Notes: generated by a model not told the origin, from the sequence alone. A stretch of 64,000 nt of DNA from Candidatus Magasanikiibacteriota bacterium (GCA_023246655.1 JAHFHX010000001.1:28648-92647), one strand, 5' to 3'; shown: positions 27,255 to 37,202, numbered from the stretch's first letter. A program made the numbers and translations.

Positions 27255-28358
27255 ATGTCCAAAGATTACTACAAAATTCTCGGTGTTGATAAAAATGCTT
27301 CCACTGATGATATCAAAAAAGCTTTCAAAAAGCTCGCTATGACTCACCACCCTGATCGCCAGGGTGGTAATGAAGCCAAGTTTAAAGAAATCAACGAAGC
27401 CTACCAAGTTTTGGGCGACGCGGAGAAGCGCAAGAAGTTTGATCAGTTTGGTTCGGATTTTGAACAGCAAGGCGGCTTTGGGCAAGGCGCTGGTTGGGAG
27501 GATTTTATGCGCGCGGCGCGCGGCCAGGGTGGCGGCGGAAATTTTTCATTTGATTTCGGTGGCATGGATTTAGGCGATATTTTTGGTGATATGTTCGGCG
27601 GTGGTGGCAGAGGGCGTGGTGGTTCTCGGCAGGCCCGCGGTCGCGATATACAAGTTGATGTGGAACTAGATTTTAAAGAAGCGGCTTTTGGGGTGGAGCG
27701 AGAATTATCACTGCGCAAACAATCCAAATGCGATGTCTGTAGCGGAAGTGGAGCCGAACCAGGAAGTAAAATGGAAAAATGTGGCACCTGTCATGGCCAG
27801 GGCCAAGTCACGCAGGTGCAGCGAACATTTTTGGGTGCCATGCAAACGGTAGCGACGTGTCCAACGTGCCAAGGGCGTGGGGAATCGGCTTCTAAAAAAT
27901 GTAAACACTGCGGCGGTAACGGCGTGATGACAAAATCAACAACGGTGAAAGTAAAACTTCCGGCTGGCATCGACAATGGCCAATCCATCCGTCTTTCCGG
28001 TCACGGTGAAGCCGCGCCGCACGGCGGGCAAAGCGGGGATTTGTATGTTGCCGTCCACATTAAACACTCCAAAATTTTTGAGCGTGATAATTTTGACGTT
28101 TATACCAATGCCGAGATCAGTTTTGTCCAGGCCACACTTGGCGACCATATCTCCGTTGAAACCATTGACGGTGAGTTGAAGGTCGCGGTGCCCGAAGGCA
28201 CAGAGTCTGGTCAGCTCATTCGGCTCCGCGGTAAAGGTGTTCCGCATCTCCAAGGTAGTGGGCGAGGGGATCATTACGTGCGTGTAAAAATTCGGGTGCC
28301 GAAGAAGGTGAGTAAGCAAGCTAAAAAACTTCTTGAAGAATTGAAAAGGGAAATTTAG
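27255..28358 (+). CDS. dnaJ: molecular chaperone DnaJ
   Basis: J-domain KDYYKILGV...HPDR, a G/F-rich linker, and four CxxCxGxG zinc-finger repeats. Confidence 0.93.
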   Translation: MSKDYYKILGVDKNASTDDIKKAFKKLAMTHHPDRQGGNEAKFKEINEAYQVLGDAEKRKKFDQFGSDFEQQGGFGQGAGWEDFMRAARGQGGGGNFSFDFGGMDLGDIFGDMFGGGGRGRGGSRQARGRDIQVDVELDFKEAAFGVERELSLRKQSKCDVCSGSGAEPGSKMEKCGTCHGQGQVTQVQRTFLGAMQTVATCPTCQGRGESASKKCKHCGGNGVMTKSTTVKVKLPAGIDNGQSIRLSGHGEAAPHGGQSGDLYVAVHIKHSKIFERDNFDVYTNAEISFVQATLGDHISVETIDGELKVAVPEGTESGQLIRLRGKGVPHLQGSGRGDHYVRVKIRVPKKVSKQAKKLLEELKREI

Positions 28359-28413
28359 CTATTGACAGCATTGTAGTCTAGCGATATAGTAACTACAGAA
28401 GTAAAATTTTTCT

Positions 28414-28728
28414 ATGGAACAAAAAATTAATGAAATCCAACAAACCCTGCATGAAGTTCTCGACGCCGTGAATGATTTGGCGACGAACAATGAGAATAGT
28501 TTCCAAAAATTGGAAACCGACATGACCACAATAAAAGCAACCATGGTAACCAAGGATTATATGGATGTCAAACTGGCTGATCTCAAAGGCGACCTAGTTT
28601 TACTCATGCGCAAAGAAGACACCAAGCTCAAAGCGTTGGTAGATATTTTGCATCAGAAAAAAGTTATTTCCCAAACTGACGCCCAGCATATTTTTGGCAT
28701 GGACCCGTTTCCCCAGGCGGCGTTGTAA
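28414..28728 (+). CDS. hypothetical protein (104 aa, coiled-coil-like)
   Basis: ORF followed by a terminator-like hairpin at ~28765-28790. Confidence 0.4.
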   Translation: MEQKINEIQQTLHEVLDAVNDLATNNENSFQKLETDMTTIKATMVTKDYMDVKLADLKGDLVLLMRKEDTKLKALVDILHQKKVISQTDAQHIFGMDPFPQAAL

Positions 28729-28891
28729 ATTTAAGATTAGCCACAATTTTAGAAAAATCCCTTCCCCACAGGGCTTTTTTATTTTATTCACACCCAAGCC
28801 TTGCAATCAAGAGAGAGAGAGTACTATTGGAATATCACCTCTTAGCTTAATTACTAATTTAAGCCATTTAATTCGTTTAATCATTACAATT

Positions 28892-29437
28892 ATGAAAGAA
28901 GGAACAAAAAAAGGCTTGGTTGCAGCGGGGATTCTTGCCGCTGGTCTTGAAGGGGCGCATGTAAATAGCAAACTTGACGATATAGCACAGGCTGCTGACA
29001 AAACTCACCAGCTTGCTGAGGAAACCCACGATATTGCTGGCGCGCCAGAGGCTGAACAGAGCGATTATCGTTTTTTGCTAGGAGTGCTTCAGCGTATACA
29101 GGACACTGACAATAACGATCATTACTCCCATAAAAAAAGCGTAGACGCCCAGGGGAGTGCGTTTGTAATTTTAGAGTATAAAGATGGCTTAACAGCAACA
29201 TTGGGTCGCATTTCGAAATGGCCGAGCCTATTCTATGGCGCTGACTTTGCAAAAAGGAGTGTGATTCAGAAAGACAACCTGCAGAAATTGACAGCAGGTG
29301 TCGTAAAAGAATTAAGCCATCGGCTTCAAGAAGTACAGGATTCTTGGTTTCCCGGCGGATTTCCCAATCACGCTAAAGATATAGCAGACTTATCGAAATT
29401 AACAGCAAGCGTTGACAGGCAACTCAGTGAAAAATAA
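28892..29437 (+). CDS. hypothetical protein (N-terminal TM segment)
   Basis: ORF starting MKEGTKKGLVAAGILAAGL. The listed ORF 28694 extends upstream through the terminator region. Confidence 0.4.
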   Translation: MKEGTKKGLVAAGILAAGLEGAHVNSKLDDIAQAADKTHQLAEETHDIAGAPEAEQSDYRFLLGVLQRIQDTDNNDHYSHKKSVDAQGSAFVILEYKDGLTATLGRISKWPSLFYGADFAKRSVIQKDNLQKLTAGVVKELSHRLQEVQDSWFPGGFPNHAKDIADLSKLTASVDRQLSEK

Positions 29438-29876
29438 AAATGAAAATTATTTACTACATCACCATATGATGCCTGAAGCCGGCCCAATAAGTGCGGAGCA
29501 AGAAGTCAAAAATTTAGTGTTGGAAAACGAAATTTTTAAAGATATAATTCAGCAAGTTTGTTTTGATTTTGATAATTCATTGACCGAGTTACAACGAGGA
29601 GAAGAATTGCATGAGAAAGGCAATTGGAAAACGCAATCAACCGAAGAATTAAAAATGTTAAAAATGTTATTGACGCGTAACCCGGTGACCAGACGAGAGA
29701 TTGGGATATTATTAAAACGGATAAGCGGCGCCGATGACGTGGTAGCCAGCGAAGCGCGGCAAGAGTTAAAAAAAATAGCGTGGGATACCCTTGAGCGAGG
29801 TAGAAAATCCAATATGTTTAATCGCGCGGGAGTTAGCAATGATGACGTAGACAAGTTTACGGGCAAAACAGCTTAA
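29412..29876 (+). CDS. hypothetical protein
   Basis: ORF only. The start is uncertain (an alternative is MMPEAG at ~29466). Confidence 0.35.
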   Translation: MTGNSVKNKNENYLLHHHMMPEAGPISAEQEVKNLVLENEIFKDIIQQVCFDFDNSLTELQRGEELHEKGNWKTQSTEELKMLKMLLTRNPVTRREIGILLKRISGADDVVASEARQELKKIAWDTLERGRKSNMFNRAGVSNDDVDKFTGKTA

Positions 29877-29962
29877 ATTGCCAAAGCAATTTGAATTCTT
29901 TAATAGGCGCAATCATTATTTCAACCTTGAAAACAGCCTGCCATCTATGGTATGCTGTTTTT

Positions 29963-30471
29963 ATGTCCAAGCGCGAGTTTGAGAAATTTTATAATAACCA
30001 TTTGGACAAAGTTTACCGCTTTGTTTTTTTTCGTTGTAATGGCAATCGTGAGTTGACCGAGGATCTGGTTTCGGAAATTTTTATGAAAGCCCTGGAGCAT
30101 TTTGATAGTTATGATGAGAAGGTGAGTAAAAGCGCTTGGATTATGACGATCACGCGCAATCACCTGGCCAATTATTGGCGTGATAGCAAAAAAACCTCTT
30201 TACTGCCTGAGGACGAAGATCGCGAAGATCAGGAGGGAACCGGTGACGGTTTTGGCTAGCCGCAGCCAAACATATTTTTGAAAAAGAGAAAAGTCAGAGC
30301 GAGGTATATGAACTTTTGGCTAAAATTGAGCCTGCTGAGGCTGAATTAGTAACTTTTCACTATATTTTAGGGTATAGTTATGCAGAAATTGGTGAGTTGA
30401 AGGGGCAAACTGAGGGAGCTGTCAAAGTGGCGGCTCATCGCGCGTTGAAGAAATTAAGGTCGTTATTATAA
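29963..30471 (+). pseudogene. ECF-type sigma-70 factor interrupted by a -1 frameshift between region 2 and region 4
   Basis: Frame A (29963..30259) encodes region 2: LDKVYRFVFFRCNGNRELTEDLVSEIFMKALEHFDSYD...WIMTITRNHLANYWRD. Frame B (30247..30471) encodes region 4: EVYELLAKIEPAEAELVTFHYILGYSYAEIGELKGQTEGAVKVAAHRALKKL. The frames join at the T4 run in GGTTTTGGC (30248-30256), where one extra T would give a single ~169-aa ORF. Confidence 0.7.
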
Positions 30472-30592
30472 TTTTGGATTGTCCCCTCCTTGCGAAGGAG
30501 GGGCGAGGGGTGGTCCAAGTTGCGTCGACACAGAGCGTTGACCCCTCCCTGTCCTCCCCTTCGTAAGGAGAGGACAACGAAAAACAAACAGT

Positions 30593-31531
30593 ATGATTCG
30601 CAATATCAGATACAACTTATGGAAAATGAAATGCTCGCTCAAACCCGGGCGTGCTTTTAATAGAACACTTTGGCGAAAGTTAGATGATGCGTGGTCTGAT
30701 TATCATCATGTACCGCGGACATGGTATCAGCGGCATGTGATGCGTTTGGCCACGGCCGCGGTGAGCGGTTTTGTGGTGTGCGCGAGCGCTGCGACGGGCG
30801 CGTATGCCTACACTAGTCCGGATGTTACTGAGGGCAACATTCTTTATCCAATTAAGCAGACACTCGAGCAGGTTGAAGAGAAAACTAAGCATACGCCCGA
30901 AGCGAAAGCGCAATTTTATTTAAAGCAATTATCACGGCGGGAAGCTGAGAAAAAGACGCTCGAGCACAGGCAAGAGCGCACGGAGCGGCTGGAAGCACAG
31001 ATAAATCAAATTGAGGTCAAGCTCGAAGCAACCGAACATGAACTTACTACCAGCACCCTTGTTAATAATACCGAACTGCGCGAGAAAATGTATAATCGAT
31101 TGGAAAAACGGAAGAATCGTTTAGAAAAACAAAAAAAGAAATTGGACGAGCGGTTATTGAAGTTGAATCTTCAAGCTCATATTCTTGTCACGAGTTCGTC
31201 TACTAACCTTGAACCCGAGTCTGAGAATAAAGAGTCTACCGAAATAGGCGCCTCCTTTAGTGTTTCTGTGGAGAAACGCAGAGATACCTCGAATGCGACT
31301 CGTCGCGCTGAGCGTCTCAAACGATTGGAACAACACCCTGAGCGTTTAGAAGAAGGATCGCAGCAGTTTGATACGGTTTCAGCCTCAACCACTGAAACAA
31401 TTCAAGAAGGTGGTGGTACTGAAGCGTCTCGACCTGGTAAAGATAATTTTAGACAGAGGCTTGAACGGCGACGCGATCAAATAATCCAAAATAAATTGAT
31501 TCACTTGATTCCGCAACCGAGGGGGCGGTAA
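30593..31531 (+). CDS. putative anti-sigma factor-like membrane protein (single TM, long coiled-coil/charged region)
   Basis: It lies immediately downstream of the ECF sigma factor. It has one hydrophobic segment, VMRLATAAVSGFVVCASAATGAYA, followed by a K/E/R-rich helical region. The functional call is by context only. Confidence 0.4.
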   Translation: MIRNIRYNLWKMKCSLKPGRAFNRTLWRKLDDAWSDYHHVPRTWYQRHVMRLATAAVSGFVVCASAATGAYAYTSPDVTEGNILYPIKQTLEQVEEKTKHTPEAKAQFYLKQLSRREAEKKTLEHRQERTERLEAQINQIEVKLEATEHELTTSTLVNNTELREKMYNRLEKRKNRLEKQKKKLDERLLKLNLQAHILVTSSSTNLEPESENKESTEIGASFSVSVEKRRDTSNATRRAERLKRLEQHPERLEEGSQQFDTVSASTTETIQEGGGTEASRPGKDNFRQRLERRRDQIIQNKLIHLIPQPRGR

Positions 31532-31638
31532 CTTTTTTTCTCGTCATGGGTATAGTAATCTGCTTCTGATGCTTCTGTCATAGTCGAGACAGGAGTTGTC
31601 CAGGGCTCATACATAATTAATTATTAATTTTAAAATAT

Positions 31639-32586
31639 ATGAAAAGAATTTTTACCACCGTAACCATCATTGCGCTATCACTTTTTCAAGCTTTACCAGC
31701 TCTAGCCATGGAAGCGTCAAGCACGGTTTCGGTAACTACAACTAATCGTGGTCAGGTCATGAAGGATTTGCGCCATGATATTAATGAGAAGCGTAAAGAA
31801 GTTCGCGACGAATTGAAAGATAAAATGAAAGCGGTGCGGAATGAAATTAAAGACAAGATGAAAGAAGTTCAGGATGAGTTTAGAGGCAAAATGAAAGATG
31901 TTCGTGACGAATTTAAGGAGAAGCGAGATGAAATGAAACACAAACTTATCCGTCGTGAACTCATGCTGCACGGAGAACTTACCGCCATGAGTGGGGTAAC
32001 TGCTCCCGCCACGCTGACGGTTAAAGTGAGTGATGTGCGGCCAGATTTTCATAAACAATGGGAATTGGTCTCCAGCTCAACGTTCCCCGGCAAAGATAAA
32101 ATAGTCACTGTAAAAGTTGATGCGAAAACTAAAGTTGTTCGCCGTTTCAATGGCAAGAGCGGCCTTGATGAATTGACGGTGGGGGACACGATGCAGATTG
32201 TGGGGCGTTTGAACGAAGATGGTAGCGTATCGGCGCGTGTGGTGAAGGATGATTCTATCCAAATGACACATCGCGTGTATCACGGGACGATTGGTTCGCT
32301 GGACGCTACAGCGAAATCATTCAGCCTGACCCTCATGAGTTCATCGTCCGTTGCCTTTATGGTCAAGACTGACAGTAATACCAAATTCATGATCCCGGGT
32401 GTGACCAGTACCTCGTTTGCTAATTTGAAGGTCGGCGACAAGGTATGGATACGCGGTATAGTGAACACACGCACGAAGATTATTGATGCTAATGTAGTGA
32501 AAGTAAAACTTCCAGTGGTAGCCCCTGCTCCAGCCCCGACCCCAACGTCAACTCCAACACCAACTTCAACCGCGTCTTCGACTTAA
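31639..32586 (+). CDS. secreted repeat protein (signal peptide, tandem KDKMKxVRxE repeats, C-terminal PT-rich tail)
   Basis: Signal peptide MKRIFTTVTIIALSLFQALPALA. Repeats EVRDELKDKMKAVRNEIKDKMKEVQDEFRGKMKDVRDEFKEKRDEMK. Tail PAPAPTPTSTPTPTSTASST. Confidence 0.5.
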   Translation: MKRIFTTVTIIALSLFQALPALAMEASSTVSVTTTNRGQVMKDLRHDINEKRKEVRDELKDKMKAVRNEIKDKMKEVQDEFRGKMKDVRDEFKEKRDEMKHKLIRRELMLHGELTAMSGVTAPATLTVKVSDVRPDFHKQWELVSSSTFPGKDKIVTVKVDAKTKVVRRFNGKSGLDELTVGDTMQIVGRLNEDGSVSARVVKDDSIQMTHRVYHGTIGSLDATAKSFSLTLMSSSSVAFMVKTDSNTKFMIPGVTSTSFANLKVGDKVWIRGIVNTRTKIIDANVVKVKLPVVAPAPAPTPTSTPTPTSTASST

Positions 32587-32613
32587 ATAATCAGTAGAAA
32601 AAAACATCCCGAC

Positions 32614-33024
32614 TTAGTCGGGATGTTTTTGATTATCTAAAATTTTATTCACCTCCGCATCCGCCTCTTTGTTCCCGGCACGCATGGTGTGGCGATACGT
32701 TACTTTTTTAAATTGCGTGGCAGTGTTGTAGACCTGCATAAATAATTTTTGGAGTGTTGGCTCTTTCACTTTGTACTCTCCTCGCATTTGTTTTACGATC
32801 AGTTCGCTATCGAGTACGCAGTGAACTTCGGTCGCACCAAGCTCTTTAGCTTTTTTGAGAGCAGAAATAAGGGCCGAGTACTCAGCAAAGTTATTAGTTT
32901 GGTGCCCCAAATATTCGCCATAGTGCGCCAGCACAACGCCCGCCTCATTTTTGATAACAATGCCAGCGGCAGCTGGCCCCGGGTTGCCACGCGCTCCGCC
33001 ATCGGTGTGGGTGATTAATTTCAT
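32614..33024 (-). CDS. rnhA: ribonuclease HI
   Basis: THTDGGARGNPGPAAAGIVIK and the catalytic E/D/D/H pattern (EYSALISAL, HCVLDSELIVKQ, GNKEADAEVNKIL), ~136 aa. Confidence 0.88.
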   Translation of the reverse strand: MKLITHTDGGARGNPGPAAAGIVIKNEAGVVLAHYGEYLGHQTNNFAEYSALISALKKAKELGATEVHCVLDSELIVKQMRGEYKVKEPTLQKLFMQVYNTATQFKKVTYRHTMRAGNKEADAEVNKILDNQKHPD

Positions 33025-33131
33025 AACACAGATTACGCAGATTAATAAATTGGATTACGCAGATTAGTGATAGTGATTACAGAGATTTCCAAATCCGTGT
33101 AATCCTCACCGTTAATCCGCGTAATCGGTGT
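33025..33131. promoter_or_regulatory. cluster of five GATTACRCRG / TGYRTAATC repeats upstream of rnhA
   Basis: Read on the minus strand, the copy proximal to rnhA is TAATCTGCGTAATCTGTGTTATG with ATG as the start codon. This matches the motifs at 47891-47928 and 56952-56990. Confidence 0.6.
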
Positions 33132-34472
33132 TTAATATGGTAGTTTCCAAAGTCCCTGGTTATCTACAAAGTAGAGTATACGCCTCGATGTATCTACGGT
33201 AAAGGCAGAAATTGATTGTGGGGCCAGTTCTTGTTCAATATTATAGCTAGAAAAAAGAATAGCAAGTTTATTGCCTCGGAGGAGTGCTAGAGTAGCTTCA
33301 TCGAGTGGTAACACCTGGGCAAGAGTATCACTAAAACGGTTAATTAGATATGGTTCACCTTCTTCCGGAAAGTCCCAAAGTTCCCACGGTGTCCAGATGA
33401 TCCACTCACCTGATTTTAATGAACGAACAAATTGTCCCTGGCTGAATTGTCGGTATTTATTTGGAGTCACCAGAAGCAATTCGTTAGAATGCAATTGTTT
33501 AAGCCACACAACGGCTTTATGAGCGGCTGCTATTCTCCATCCAGACGTAGTTGCGTTGGTTGGTAGTGTGATAGTGGTCCAGGGAGTCATAAAACCAAGT
33601 ACATCTTTGATAATCCGGAGTTGCCCAGTGGTGGTACTGTTTTCAAGAGCCCACAATTCTCCGTCATCTATATGCCAATCCATAAAGGTATGGGTGGCAA
33701 CAGGAAGCTGGTGTTGAAGGCGTGGGAAGAGTACGTTAAGGGTTGTGCTGGTATTATAATAGAGTTCTGGTTCAGTAGTATTTCGCCACTCAAAAGAGAT
33801 AATCGGTGCTGAAGTTGTTGATTGTATATCAAATTGATGTTCTATATTTTCACTATCAATTACCACCAGTGTTGGTGAAGAGTTTGAATTATCTGTGAGG
33901 GCCAAGAAATTCGTGCGAGGTGCCCAGATCAAACGAACTGGTTTTAAGGAAGCGATGCTCCGAATGTGGAGAAAGATTTTCTTTTGAGTATTATATAGCC
34001 AGAGTTCAGTGCTACTCGCTGAAGAGGCTTTAGTATAGGCCAGATATTGACCATCAGTTGAAAGAGCAATTTTAGGGATCGTGCCTGTAGCTATTTGTTC
34101 AGGTGATGCCTTTTTTAGTAAATGAATATTATTAATATAGGTAGTTTGTTCATTCGTAACTACAATTTGTTTTTCCCAATCATAATAATTGGGGGCGCTG
34201 ATACGCAATCGGTATGTCTGGGGCTTAATGTTTGTTAAGCGAATCGGTATATCTTTATGGATAAGCAGATCATTCAAGTACACCACAGCATTTTTAGGAA
34301 GTATATCAATATTAACGCTCCCCGTTGCCTTGAGTAGACCGTTTTTTATGTCGTAGCGAAATCCAGCAGTATAGAGGAGTACAGCTGGTACCAGTACACA
34401 AAATAAGAAGATAAAAATACCCAGTACGAATAATCGCCAGGGACGGGTAAACACAGCGCCAGGATACTCCAT
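33132..34472 (-). CDS. hypothetical membrane-anchored protein (446 aa)
   Basis: N-terminal TM segment WRLFVLGIFIFLFCVLVPAVLLY followed by a large extracytoplasmic domain. No recognisable motif. Confidence 0.5.
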   Translation of the reverse strand: MEYPGAVFTRPWRLFVLGIFIFLFCVLVPAVLLYTAGFRYDIKNGLLKATGSVNIDILPKNAVVYLNDLLIHKDIPIRLTNIKPQTYRLRISAPNYYDWEKQIVVTNEQTTYINNIHLLKKASPEQIATGTIPKIALSTDGQYLAYTKASSASSTELWLYNTQKKIFLHIRSIASLKPVRLIWAPRTNFLALTDNSNSSPTLVVIDSENIEHQFDIQSTTSAPIISFEWRNTTEPELYYNTSTTLNVLFPRLQHQLPVATHTFMDWHIDDGELWALENSTTTGQLRIIKDVLGFMTPWTTITLPTNATTSGWRIAAAHKAVVWLKQLHSNELLLVTPNKYRQFSQGQFVRSLKSGEWIIWTPWELWDFPEEGEPYLINRFSDTLAQVLPLDEATLALLRGNKLAILFSSYNIEQELAPQSISAFTVDTSRRILYFVDNQGLWKLPY

Positions 34473-34583
34473 AGTGTGGTTATTGAAGAGCTAAGTGAGA
34501 CTGTTGCCAGGTACGTTTAATTATAGTATACTCAATCATACGTGAAAAAATCGTCGCCGTCAAAGATGAAAACTGTTTGTAGT

Positions 34584-35891
34584 ATGTCATATCTTATCAT
34601 TGAAGGAAGAAGAAAATTACAGGGCGCCATTGCGACCCAGTCGAATAAAAATTCGGCTTTAGCAATTTTATTTGCCTCCCTCATGATTAAAGGAAAAACC
34701 ACGCTCGTTGATCTTCCAGCGATTGATGACGTAGAGCAAGTGCTCGCGCTCTTTATCAGTATCGGAGTCAAAGTTAAACGCCCAGCGTCCGGGGAAGTTG
34801 TCATCGACGCTACTCATCCATTAGCGCTCGAACACATGGATCCGGCGGTAACCAAACGCATTCGCGCTTCCCTGTTGTTGTGGGGCGCGCTCGCCGCACG
34901 TGCTCAAAATTATAAAGTGTACAAATCAGGTGGCTGCCATTTAGGTGAACGCACGGTTCGCCCTCATTTTTATGCCCTTCAAAAATTTGGTGTCACCGTC
35001 ACCTCACACGAAAAATATTACGCCGTTCAAAATGCCCCACTTAAAGCCGCGGCTGTGACCATGTATGAATCGGGCGATACCACGACAGAAAATGTCATCA
35101 TGGCTGCTGTATTGTCTCCCGGAACCACCACTATTAAGATGGCATCCGCCAATTACATGGTTCAGGATCTCTGTTATTTTCTCAATCGTGCTGGTGCCAA
35201 GATTATTGGCATTGGGTCCACTACTCTCGTCATCACCGGAGTAAAAAAATTACGACCAGTTACCCAGTATCCTATTATGCCGGATCCAATTGCTGCCATG
35301 ACGTTTATTGCTGCCGCGATTGTTACCGGCTCGCACCTGCTTATTAAAAATTGCCCACTGGAATTTTTAGAATTGGAACTGTGTAAATTAGAGGTGATGG
35401 GACAGAAGTATAAGTTAAAAAATAAACGCCAATCAAAAAACGGTGCTTTCCAAATTGTTGATGTTGAAATTTTTCCAAGCACGCTCACCGCGCTCCCTGA
35501 TAAAATTTATGGCCGCCCGTTTCCCGGTTTAAATATTGATAATTTACCTTTATTTATTCCTATTTTGCTTACTGCCCATGGCCGCACGTTAGTCCATGAT
35601 TGGGCCTATGAAAATAGAGCGGTGTATAGTTTGGATCTTCAGAAGTTAGGAGCTCATATTACCCTGCTTGATCCTCATCGGTTGTGGGTGGAAGGCCCAA
35701 CGAAATTTGTTCCAGCTGAACTCACCTGCCCTCCGGCTCTTCGTCCGGCAGTGAATGTGCTCATTGCCATGCTGGCAGCGCCTGGCACATCAATTTTACG
35801 TGGTACTGATACTATTGATCGTGGTTATGAAAATATATATGCACTTTTAAATAAAGCTGGGGCACATATTGAAATCCGATCAGAAAAATAG
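34584..35891 (+). CDS. murA: UDP-N-acetylglucosamine 1-carboxyvinyltransferase
   Basis: The N-terminus LIIEGRRKLQGAIATQSNKNSALAILFASLM aligns with MurA [25 protein letters not shown]. The active-site region is KSGGCHLGERTVRPH. Overall EPSP-synthase fold. Confidence 0.8.
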   Translation: MSYLIIEGRRKLQGAIATQSNKNSALAILFASLMIKGKTTLVDLPAIDDVEQVLALFISIGVKVKRPASGEVVIDATHPLALEHMDPAVTKRIRASLLLWGALAARAQNYKVYKSGGCHLGERTVRPHFYALQKFGVTVTSHEKYYAVQNAPLKAAAVTMYESGDTTTENVIMAAVLSPGTTTIKMASANYMVQDLCYFLNRAGAKIIGIGSTTLVITGVKKLRPVTQYPIMPDPIAAMTFIAAAIVTGSHLLIKNCPLEFLELELCKLEVMGQKYKLKNKRQSKNGAFQIVDVEIFPSTLTALPDKIYGRPFPGLNIDNLPLFIPILLTAHGRTLVHDWAYENRAVYSLDLQKLGAHITLLDPHRLWVEGPTKFVPAELTCPPALRPAVNVLIAMLAAPGTSILRGTDTIDRGYENIYALLNKAGAHIEIRSEK

Positions 35892-35916
35892 ATTCATCAG
35901 AATTAATTATTTTTTT

Positions 35917-37188
35917 ATGCCTTCATCTCCATCGGCAAATTCGCTTCGTAGTTATCGATATATTGGGCTCTATCTGGGGGTGGTCATTGCCCTGGTAGCT
36001 TTTGGGAGCGGTATTTTAGTTGGACGTAACTCCACCCTTATCAAATCAAATCCAGCAGTTTCCAATCAGTCAGAAATTTCCCAAATTATTAATGTCGATC
36101 GCTCGATAAACCATGTCACGACGGTTGATTTTAATCAGTTTTGGCAGATTTGGGACCGAGTGAAACAAAAATATGTCCGACAACCAGTGAAAGAAACGGA
36201 AGTGTTTTATGGTGCTCTTCAGGGAATGGTAGCAGGTCTTGGTGATCCTTATTCTGCTTATTTTCCACCCAAAGCGGCTGAAGATTTTGTTAAAAGCCTC
36301 TCAGGGGAATTTAGCGGTATCGGAGCGGAAATTGGAGTTAAAAATAGTCAGCTTATGATTATTGCTCCTTTACCTGATTCGCCAGCCCAGCGAGCCGATT
36401 TACGTCCAGGAGATAAAATTTTAGCGATTGATAAACAAATCACTGCGGGGATGGATGTGACGACAGCAGTTATTAAAATTAGAGGACCGGCTGGTACTAC
36501 TACTACATTAACGATTAGTCGAGATGGAATCGCTAAGGCAAAAGAGGTGATTATTACTCGTGCTACTATTAATGTGCCTCCTGTTATCATGACGATCGTA
36601 CCGGGGAATGTTGCCCATCTGCGAGTCATGCAATTTAATGAGCGTACGATACCAGAATTTACCAAGAAAATACGAGAATTAAAAAATAAACAGGTTGCTG
36701 GTTTAGTGTTGGATTTGCGTAATAATCCGGGCGGACTCCTTGAGAGCGCAGTAGCAATGGCAAGTAAGTGGATTCCTGAAGGAGTGATTGTAAAAGAGCG
36801 CTTAAATAATAACCAAGAGCGAATTCACGAAACTATGGGGAGGCATGAGCTTGAGGGATTCAAAACCGTTGTGCTTGTCAATGGTGGCTCGGCATCTGCT
36901 TCCGAGATAGTGGCGGGGGCATTGCACGATTATGGAGCCGCAACGGTGGTAGGAGAAAAAACGTTTGGAAAGGGATCGGTCCAGGATTTAGAAGAATTTC
37001 CTGATGGTTCAGCTTTAAAAATTACCATTGCCGAATGGTTTACTCCCAAAGGAGTTAATATTAATGAGAAGGGCATTATGCCTGATATTGAGGTTAAAGA
37101 AGATTTTGAGAAAGAGAAGATCGGGGAGGATGTAATGCTTGATAAAGCACTACACATACTTGGGCAAAAAGAATCAAGCGGACAGTAA
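35917..37188 (+). CDS. ctpA: carboxyl-terminal processing protease (S41 family)
   Basis: PDZ region followed by LDLRNNPGGLL and GGSASASEIVAGAL S41 motifs, after an N-terminal TM anchor. Confidence 0.85.
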   Translation: MPSSPSANSLRSYRYIGLYLGVVIALVAFGSGILVGRNSTLIKSNPAVSNQSEISQIINVDRSINHVTTVDFNQFWQIWDRVKQKYVRQPVKETEVFYGALQGMVAGLGDPYSAYFPPKAAEDFVKSLSGEFSGIGAEIGVKNSQLMIIAPLPDSPAQRADLRPGDKILAIDKQITAGMDVTTAVIKIRGPAGTTTTLTISRDGIAKAKEVIITRATINVPPVIMTIVPGNVAHLRVMQFNERTIPEFTKKIRELKNKQVAGLVLDLRNNPGGLLESAVAMASKWIPEGVIVKERLNNNQERIHETMGRHELEGFKTVVLVNGGSASASEIVAGALHDYGAATVVGEKTFGKGSVQDLEEFPDGSALKITIAEWFTPKGVNINEKGIMPDIEVKEDFEKEKIGEDVMLDKALHILGQKESSGQ

Positions 37189-37202
37189 GGTGGTTTTTAT
37201 GT

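Noticed and set aside
26556-27485. 309-aa minus-strand ORF antisense to dnaK/dnaJ, and similar long antisense ORFs (8070..8723, 401..751)
   Set aside because: They lie opposite strongly supported conserved genes and have low-complexity translations, so they are treated as shadow ORFs.
30244-30259. Programmed ribosomal frameshift as the explanation for the split sigma factor
   Set aside because: It cannot be distinguished from a 1-nt homopolymer error or a pseudogene from sequence alone. GGTTTTG is not a canonical X XXY YYZ slippery heptamer in the required frame. It is reported neutrally as a frameshifted gene.
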